Made by a program: the position numbers and the translations under genes | Part shown: positions 57,182 to 64,000 of the stretch, one piece after another | Layout: each line of letters starts with the position of its first letter | How positions within the stretch are numbered: the first letter of the stretch is position 1 | Notes under the pieces: generated by a model | What the model was told of the DNA's origin: nothing | The model's database searches: none | The model's input: only the letters and a program-made list of their open reading frames with translations | IMG/VR virus record: IMGVR_UViG_3300028775_000009 | From: a virus | Strand: one strand, 5' to 3' | DNA length: 64,000 nucleotides

Positions 57182-57679
57182 ATGAACCCGTCAAAGCTCA
57201 TTCTCTTCGCCGCTCTTACCGCATCCGCAGCCGCCCAGGATGTGAAACTTCAGCCCGTCAACTTCACCACCGAAGTCTCTACGTCTCTCCCAGACGCGCC
57301 GGAACCGTCTGAGGCATACTCTAGCGCCCTGATTCAGCCAGCGAAGGCGCCAGCCGCCCGCCAGACGCGATTTTTTACCCCTGTAATGCTCAGCTTGATC
57401 GGTGCTGACGGTCTGGTGCGCACCGTCGACGCCTTCAGCACCCGCGCCAACCTAACCAACCCCTGCCACTGCTACAAAGAAGAGAACGTTCCCAGCCTGA
57501 TGAAGACCAACACCAGCGCGTTTCTCTACTCAGAAGGGGTGGTTGCACTTTACACAGGCACCGCGTACCTGCTCCACCGCATGCACCACGACCAGTTAGC
57601 AAAGTTGCCACTCGCTTTCGATATCGCTTACGACGGAAAAGACGCTTTCCACAACATCCAGATCGCAGGCCGAAAATGA
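57182..57679 (+). CDS. Secreted/membrane hypothetical protein with signal peptide
   Basis: MNPSKLILFAALTASAAAQ, Pro-rich linker and two weakly hydrophobic helices. Confidence 0.65.
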   Translation: MNPSKLILFAALTASAAAQDVKLQPVNFTTEVSTSLPDAPEPSEAYSSALIQPAKAPAARQTRFFTPVMLSLIGADGLVRTVDAFSTRANLTNPCHCYKEENVPSLMKTNTSAFLYSEGVVALYTGTAYLLHRMHHDQLAKLPLAFDIAYDGKDAFHNIQIAGRK

Positions 57680-59214
57680 TGTACCCACGCCATACCCCGC
57701 ACGCATTCGAGCAACGCCATCACTGGACCGGACGTTGTGTTGTGCCCGGTTGCGGTCTGCCAACGGAGCACCGGGTCCACCAGCCGGATCTACCAATCGA
57801 ATACACCGCGCCCGATCCCGACGCCTTCACCCTCGAACTGGTAGACGCCGAGCCGGAAGAAGTCAAACCTGTTTACGTACCGCAGTACTCACTTTTCTAG
57901 GCATAAAAAGGAACCCGTCATGTACTCGTTTCTAGTCGCACACTTTAACCGCTCATCGAAAAACCGGGTTATGCACCTTGGAGACCCCGCAGCCCCGCCA
58001 ACCGTTCGCCGCAGCGAGACCAGCCGGCAACGCCGCGCCAAGTCCAGGAGCACCGGCCGACGCGCACAACGCAGCCTGAAGCAGCAGCCAGCCGTCCTGC
58101 TCGACCTGCCCACCGTCTACAACCCACCCGCCAGCCGCTACGCCGATTGGATCTGACATGGCCACTATCACAACAACCACCTGCGACAACTGCACTAAGG
58201 TGTTCCCCGTCGATGCTCCCGCTATCGGCTGGATGCGCTTTGTCAGAATGCCCGACCGAATCATTTTCCTACGCATGGAATTCAAACCGCGGGCCGAAAA
58301 CTTCCAGACCGGGCATTTATGCAGTTCAACCTGCGCGAAGGAACAGCTCGGCCTAGCATCCTCAGAATGGAGCGTGACGCCATGACCTGCCAGACGTGCC
58401 TTGGCCGAGGCTGGCTAAGGCGAGAAGTTCCCTGCTCTCTCTATGATTGCAAAACCGCAGTCATCACCGCAAAATGTCCCACATGCCGCGGTCGCAAGAC
58501 CGTATCGGAGGTGCCAAGTGCCAATCCCGCAAGCTCTAACGAAGTTCTTTGAAACTATGCAGGCCCCGCGCCTCGGGGAGATAAAGGCGTTAGACCTGTT
58601 GATAAATTTCGATGGAAATTTGTCTGTAGCCATGGACTACGCCCACGCCCACCGCATCGCACTCGAACCCGCTGATTGGGATGCGGCGCTGGACTATGCG
58701 CGGCGCTATGGATCGGAGGCGCGCTCCAATGGCTAGCAACTATCCACCCGGAATGGACTCACTACCGGAGCGACCCTGGGACGACCCCGAAGAAGACGCG
58801 GACGACCCAGACCGCGTTATAACCTCAGCCTGCCTCAACGATGTTCACGAGGAATGCCCCGACATTGACGCCAACTGCTGCGAGTGCTCCTGCCATTGGA
58901 GGGGTCATGTCTAAGACCTACCGCCAACAGGGTCGCTGGATGACTCTGCGGCTCCTGCTTGGGCCAGTGCTTCTCGTGCTGGCCCTCGCACTCATCGCAT
59001 TATTCACCCACGGAGGAAAATGAGCTACTTCGAGGAACAAGAAGACGCATGGATGGAAAACGACTGTAAAGGCTCGCCCGAGGATTACGACCCTTTCGAC
59101 GCCGACTCTTGGCCGACAAAGGTAACTGCAGCCCCGAAGCTCACCAGGTCGCAGAAGCGCAACGCGCAGCGCCGTCGCGCCAAGAAAGCCGCCAATGCCA
59201 AAGCAGCCATGTAA
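57676..59214 (+). CDS. Run of tiny coupled ORFs (e.g. 57676-57900, 57920-58156, 58158-58385, 58729-58914, 59020-59214)
   Basis: Overlapping ATGA/TGATG junctions; several Cys-rich. Confidence 0.45.
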
Positions 59215-59451
59215 GTTCTGCCTACGACCGATCGACACCCGGGGGATGCTCAGCCATCTCCACTTCAAGCACTGCGGTTACGTTAGCCGCGCATTCGCCC
59301 TAAGTCCGATTGTGTGGGTCTACCTTTGGGTTCACGAAGGCTTTACGCCGCCCAACCTCTCGACTCGAGCGCTACCGGCCAGCGTGCCGGATCGACCAAT
59401 TCAACCCATGCTTGCCCCTGTCTCGAAGATGCCGAGGTGGATATGAGCGAT

Positions 59452-59700
59452 TTACTTTGGCTCAGGCGGATGGATATTGCTTCGCAGTTTCGTTCCCTTT
59501 GGAACGTCCACGCCAGGCACCGGAGCAATAACGTGCGGCGGCGGCGGTTGCACATACCGCTTGTGGTCCATCGGGATTCGCTTAATCTCGTACTTCCCGT
59601 CTTTCGGGGGGTCGTTTCGGTTCGACGGTGCCGTGGCTGTAGTAGTTTGAGCTGCGGCGGTCGCGACACACGCAAGAAGTAAAAGGGTTTTTCCGATCAT
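59452..59700 (-). CDS. Small secreted Pro-rich protein
   Basis: MIGKTLLLLACVATAAAQ; GAGG RBS; antisense to its neighbours. Confidence 0.5.
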   Translation of the reverse strand: MIGKTLLLLACVATAAAQTTTATAPSNRNDPPKDGKYEIKRIPMDHKRYVQPPPPHVIAPVPGVDVPKGTKLRSNIHPPEPK

Positions 59701-59743
59701 CGGCGTTTTCCTCTACGCCGAGAATACCAACAAGAACGCCGAG

Positions 59744-60370
59744 GTGGATATGAAAGCAAATGAAAAACTAGCAGACGCGATTTACGAAAAGCTTTTTAGC
59801 GACGTGGCCTACATTGCAAAAAGGCCCGGCCAGCAACCGGAAGCCGACATGCTAACCAAGATTATGCGGCACATCTACACCGAGAAAATCATGGAAGTTC
59901 TAGATGAATACCTACCGCCGCACCGCACGATTCAATTCACTTGGGGCGGGAGCCAGAGCCAGTCCTACACCGTAAGCATTAAGTTCAACCTGCCCGGCAT
60001 AACGCCGATCTACGAACCGATTATTTTTCCCTTGAAGTCCTGCCACGATGCGCAGCAAACGACCTTCCGCCTCAACAAGATGCTGCAGCGTTGGATGCCT
60101 GACCTGCTCGCCGAAGGCGCCGAACTGCCGGAGAGGAATCACTGTCTCTATCCGAAGCCAGAGGAAAAACCCGAACCATCCCCGGTCGTCGAAGCTCTCC
60201 ATCTAGCCGTCAGGTACGGGGGAATCGACGGAGCCCACCATAAAACGTGGGTTATCGACCAAATGGTCCGCATCCTTGCCGGGAATAACTACGACGCCAT
60301 CGTGACCGCCGCCAAGGCTGGCGAAGACGGACCCGACACTTACGGGTGGGATGAAGGGATAGCGCCATGA
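59744..60370 (+). CDS. Hypothetical protein (208 aa)
   Basis: C-terminal YGGIDGAHHKTWVIDQMVRIL...WDEGIAP module common in phages. Confidence 0.7.
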   Translation: MDMKANEKLADAIYEKLFSDVAYIAKRPGQQPEADMLTKIMRHIYTEKIMEVLDEYLPPHRTIQFTWGGSQSQSYTVSIKFNLPGITPIYEPIIFPLKSCHDAQQTTFRLNKMLQRWMPDLLAEGAELPERNHCLYPKPEEKPEPSPVVEALHLAVRYGGIDGAHHKTWVIDQMVRILAGNNYDAIVTAAKAGEDGPDTYGWDEGIAP

Positions 60371-60533
60371 AATACGTTTTGCACTGACGAAAGGGAGTGC
60401 CCCGCCACCCCTGCAGATGGCGAGGCACTAGGCACGCAACCAACGGACGAGGAGTACGAAGGCAGCGGCAAAACCAGCAAACCACGGAAATAAATGAGTT
60501 GCAACCGATAGACACCGCATTACCAAAGTTTCC

Positions 60534-60562
60534 TTTACATCATGCTTGCATGAAGAGAGAAT
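60534..60562 (+). promoter_or_regulatory. Promoter TTTACA-17-GAGAAT with operator in the spacer
   Basis: Operator at 60541-60552; ATG 60569 at the predicted +1. Confidence 0.6.
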
Positions 60563-60568
60563 GACGCC

Positions 60569-60943
60569 ATGAATGACCTTACACTTGGACCTTGGCAGTT
60601 CGACAGCAATACCAGAACCATCTACGGCACACCCCGATACGGCACGATCGAGCAGACTGCGGCCAACGCTGAATTTCAAGGAGCCGACTGCAATTCGCTG
60701 AATGAGGTTTGCAAGGTTCACCGCGTTAGCGTCTCCGAGTTTTGGCTAGGCCATACGCACTACCCAATGAAGGTTGATGTTGTTGAGTTCTTTCGACGAC
60801 GATCTCAGGCCAACGCCAACCTCATCGTGGCCGCGCCGGATCTACTGCAAGCGCTAAAAGATTTTGTTTCTATCACCGAGGGCGATGGGGCCGTGAAAAT
60901 GGCTGCCATTACTGCAATCAAAAAGGCGGAAGGAACCCTATGA
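60569..60943 (+). CDS. Hypothetical protein
   Basis: ANANLIVAAPDLLQALK motif frequent in phage early proteins. Confidence 0.7.
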   Translation: MNDLTLGPWQFDSNTRTIYGTPRYGTIEQTAANAEFQGADCNSLNEVCKVHRVSVSEFWLGHTHYPMKVDVVEFFRRRSQANANLIVAAPDLLQALKDFVSITEGDGAVKMAAITAIKKAEGTL

Positions 60944-61560
60944 GGCGTTTAGCTGTCGCCGTTATTGGAGTTAGCACCCTGCTGGCGGCCGAAGTCGCGC
61001 ACAAGGGAATCAAGCCCGGCGACTGCCTGACATGGGCTCAGCACGCTATGGCGCCACCGACCAAGGCGACCATTGCCGGCTGGAATGCATGGCTGGTCGA
61101 GAAGCAAAAGACCCATCCCGGTTACACGCCGAAGACTCACCCAAGGGTGAAGTGGGACTGGGAGCCGATCGCATGCCCCGCTGAAACCGCGCCGCCTACG
61201 CCACTGGTTGAATTGATTTCTGACTTCCCTATAAGCCAGTTCTCGCGCAACGTTACGTTTATCCCGTTCGCCAGCCCTTTGCTGCCAATCGACATCGTGC
61301 CGGTTCAGCCGGGATTCCTCGAAACCGAGGACTCACCCGAAATTCCCGGCATAGAAACCGACCAGGTCGGTCAAAACGAGGACTACCCGCTCGAAACGGG
61401 TGATTTTGGAGAGCTAGGGGGTGTAGGAGGCTTTGGGGGGTACGGAGGTACCACCGGAGGCGGATCGACGCCGCCACCAGCCTCCAGCGTTCCCGAACCG
61501 GCATCCCTGCTGCTCCTTGGAACCGGTCTTTTAACTTTGGCAGCATGGAGGAGACGATGA
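60940..61560 (+). CDS. PEP-CTERM sorting-domain protein
   Basis: N-terminal signal peptide; C-terminal VPEPASLLLLGTGLLTLAAWRRR. Confidence 0.88.
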   Translation: MRRLAVAVIGVSTLLAAEVAHKGIKPGDCLTWAQHAMAPPTKATIAGWNAWLVEKQKTHPGYTPKTHPRVKWDWEPIACPAETAPPTPLVELISDFPISQFSRNVTFIPFASPLLPIDIVPVQPGFLETEDSPEIPGIETDQVGQNEDYPLETGDFGELGGVGGFGGYGGTTGGGSTPPPASSVPEPASLLLLGTGLLTLAAWRRR

Positions 61561-61642
61561 TAAAGCGCCTTTGGTTCCGTTTCATCAACTGGCTCACCGA
61601 TTCGGGGTGCTATGACTAATTCGGTCAATTTCCTTGAGAGGA

Positions 61643-62002
61643 CTAGCTACGGGGAGCAATCTCCATCCGCTCCGTCTCCCGGTGCCGCGCTTCAAAGTGC
61701 TCCGCCAGTTCCACCCGGTTCAGAATCATGGCAGGACGAATGCGAAAGGATGTTTCCTTCATATCCGAACCCACCCGCTTCGCCATTGGGCCCCGCTCCA
61801 AAAGACCAACCTTCAACAGAATTTCCAGATTGTCACGAACCGCCCGTTCCTTGATGCCCAGGCGGTCAGAGAGTTCAGCTACAGGGAGCATACGAAATGC
61901 AGTCAGATCGAAGAGGCACATGAGTTCGAGGAAGAAGCGGAGAGCGCCTTCGTGGACCTCGGATCGTTTTGTCAGAGTTCGCAGGGCCAGCAATGAAAGC
62001 AT
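61643..62002 (-). CDS. Winged-helix HTH protein
   Basis: LPVAELSDRLGIKERAVRDNLEILLKVGLLERG...SFRI. Confidence 0.6.
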   Translation of the reverse strand: MLSLLALRTLTKRSEVHEGALRFFLELMCLFDLTAFRMLPVAELSDRLGIKERAVRDNLEILLKVGLLERGPMAKRVGSDMKETSFRIRPAMILNRVELAEHFEARHRETERMEIAPRS

Positions 62003-62016
62003 AGAGGTAGTAAATC

Positions 62017-62763
62017 ATGCGCTGTAACGGTAAAATAGAGGCACATCACAAAGAGCCGTGGAGGGCTCTATCTATGACCGACCTGCGCAAACAGGACGTT
62101 GTGCCCCTTCCTCAAAACATACCATACGGATTCTGCCACTGCGGGTGCGGTCAAAAAACAAAGATCGCGACAATCACACAGCGCCGCCGACACGTTCGCA
62201 GGGGCGAGCCTATGCGCTATCTCTCGGGCCACGGGACCACGCATGAACGCCCTGCCATCACCCAACCCGTTGATCCTTCAATTCGCTACATAGCTTTGAC
62301 TCAAGGACAAGTCGCGATTATAGACACGCATTTATACGACTGGCTGATGGGATATCGATGGTGTGCTCGGTGGCACAAGTCCACGCGAAGTTTTTACTCA
62401 ATCCGAGGAGAAAGGGTTGACGGGAAGCAGCGCACCGTCATAATGTCGCGCCAGATCACCGGACTAGAGCGGGGCGACAAGCGCATCGCAGACCACCACA
62501 ACCATGACACCCTCGATTACACCGGAAACAATTTGCGGGTTGTCAACGCCACGCAAAGCGCGTGCAATCTACGTAAGCGCCGCGATAACACCTCTGGATT
62601 GAAAGGCACTTCTTGGAACAAGCAGTGGCAGAAATGGGGAGCTTCCATTTGCCATCAGGGAAAACAGCGGTTTTTGGGGTACCGCAATACACGAGAAGAA
62701 GCTCATCAACTTTACCGAACAGCCGCCGCCGAATTACATAAGGAGTTTGCCTGCTATGAGTGA
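62017..62763 (+). CDS. Second HNH-AP2 endonuclease (possibly degenerate active site)
   Basis: IPYGFCHCGCGQKT, ADHHNHDTLDYTGNNLR, TSGLKGTSW...RFLGYRNTREEAH; the start may be 62092. Confidence 0.8.
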   Translation: MRCNGKIEAHHKEPWRALSMTDLRKQDVVPLPQNIPYGFCHCGCGQKTKIATITQRRRHVRRGEPMRYLSGHGTTHERPAITQPVDPSIRYIALTQGQVAIIDTHLYDWLMGYRWCARWHKSTRSFYSIRGERVDGKQRTVIMSRQITGLERGDKRIADHHNHDTLDYTGNNLRVVNATQSACNLRKRRDNTSGLKGTSWNKQWQKWGASICHQGKQRFLGYRNTREEAHQLYRTAAAELHKEFACYE

Positions 62764-63481
62764 CTTCGTCGATCTGGACCGCATTTTACAAACTACCGCT
62801 CCTAACGCGCTGGACCACGTACGACCATGGGTAGAGGATCAGTGGGCAGCTCAGGAAGCCCTCAACGAGTTTTACGCCAAGCTCGGCATGAAACCGCCCA
62901 AACATGTGTGGGCTAAAAGCCCCCGCGTCATTCATGAGGCGATCGAGATGCTGCGGCGGATTCACGCCGGTCAGAGGCATAACGCGATCGAGGCGCTGGT
63001 TCCCTACAATGAAGACACCCTGTTTCGCGAGTCTCAGAAGACGTTGCTCGAAGCAATTATCGACAAAGACCTCACGGTCACCATGGGAGCATCTCTCTCT
63101 CGCCAATTTCCATATCGAAAGCCGTGGGATCTCGGCCGCCTGCCTGGGTTTCTCGAACACGCCTTGCAGCCACAAAATTTAGGTCGCCACACTGCGCCGG
63201 CGGGCTGGTCGGACGTGTGCCTGTACTCTGCAGGGCTATCCTCGGTGACCCTGCAAACGCAGACATTCTGCGTGCTTCCCTATAAAGCACTCGCATGGAT
63301 GTGCTCTCCAGGGCAAAAGACAGAGAGTGCCGACGCTACCGTTTGGGCGTGGGCGGATGGCTACACGGTCGTCATCCCGAACGAAGACTCAAGGGACGAC
63401 GAAGACAAAGAAATTGAAGCTCCAAAAAATCCCCTATTGGAGCAGATCAACAAGAAGCTTTTGGAGGGGTCACATGAGTAG
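62756..63481 (+). CDS. Hypothetical protein
   Basis: Coupled to the HNH stop; AAGGAG RBS. Confidence 0.65.
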   Translation: MSDFVDLDRILQTTAPNALDHVRPWVEDQWAAQEALNEFYAKLGMKPPKHVWAKSPRVIHEAIEMLRRIHAGQRHNAIEALVPYNEDTLFRESQKTLLEAIIDKDLTVTMGASLSRQFPYRKPWDLGRLPGFLEHALQPQNLGRHTAPAGWSDVCLYSAGLSSVTLQTQTFCVLPYKALAWMCSPGQKTESADATVWAWADGYTVVIPNEDSRDDEDKEIEAPKNPLLEQINKKLLEGSHE

Positions 63482-63663
63482 TCTCGCACAGCGTCTCGTC
63501 AACCACCACGTCGTCGCCGTCTACAGCCTCTACAGCACGCCGGAGAAACGCTTTGTGGGTCTACTTGCACGGGCTGGTGCCATGTGGCGTGTACGGATTC
63601 TCGGCGTAATTTTTCCAGAGTTCCACCCGCACGTCATTCGTGAGTGTCGAAAGCAGGCTGGCT

Positions 63664-64000
63664 ATGATTCGACGATTGAGTAAGCCGATCGCAAAGGTTA
63701 GCCCGAAGAAACGCGCCCGGTCGGGCAAGCCAGGCAAGTGCGGGATTATTCGCTTATACGGGAAGGCAAAAACCGCTCTACGCCGAGAATGCTACGCGAG
63801 AGACAACGAACGCTGCGTCGTCTGCAAGGCGTGGTTACCGTTTGAGGGTTCACTAATGACCAGGATGCACATGGCCCACATCATCGGGCTCGGTCGTGGC
63901 GGAAGTGACGTTATCTCCAACGTAGAGACTAGATGCTACCAGCACCACATTATCGACCAGCACACCCCAAAAGTCGTACCACCCAAAGGAGATCCTCGAT
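63664..64000 (+). CDS. HNH endonuclease (CxxC...H...N...CxxH), runs off the window
   Basis: RDNERCVVC...MHMAHIIGLGRGGSDVISNVETRCYQHH; not in the ORF track. Confidence 0.75.
   Translation, partial: MIRRLSKPIAKVSPKKRARSGKPGKCGIIRLYGKAKTALRRECYARDNERCVVCKAWLPFEGSLMTRMHMAHIIGLGRGGSDVISNVETRCYQHHIIDQHTPKVVPPKGDPR

Noticed and set aside
1-64000. Alternative genetic code; integrase, holin/endolysin or DNA polymerase
   Set aside because: Core genes read as full-length ORFs in the standard code and end in all three stop codons. No catalytic motifs for these enzymes were seen; they may lie outside the window, so lifestyle cannot be called.

Overview
A 64-kb segment (visibly GC-rich) of a tailed dsDNA phage genome with podovirus-like (P22/T7-type short-tail) organisation. 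No integrase, replicase or lysis gene is recognisable in the window. From about 45.8 kb leftwards the minus strand carries the late block: TerS, TerL, portal, scaffold, major capsid, three paralogous head-tail adaptor rings, three tail fibre/spike-like proteins, a 1349-aa nozzle, a GNAT, ejection-type proteins and a 3124-aa polyvalent protein. After these come a structured non-coding region and an accessory block (peptide deformylase, secreted FN3-like protein, two glycosyltransferases). From 46 to 53 kb lie small genes, RNase H and an IS1595 remnant with cargo. An origin/end-like locus sits at about 52.6-52.9 kb. The plus-strand early region (53.8-64 kb) holds many small ORFs, a PEP-CTERM protein and HNH nucleases. 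The host is inferred to be Gram-negative, most plausibly Acidobacteria (PEP-CTERM, DUF3309-like protein, ...AQ signal peptides); this is inference only. Best leads: (i) tail-fibre-like proteins with apparent Sec signal peptides, alongside phage glycosyltransferases and a PEP-CTERM protein; (ii) a ~440-nt promoter-driven structured RNA with a partial group-I-like core; (iii) a complete dnaX-type -1 frameshift signal fusing the GNAT to a downstream ORF; (iv) a CATGC-WW-GCATG operator found at least 7 times, repeatedly inside sigma70 promoters. All family assignments come from motif recognition by eye; no database searches were run.
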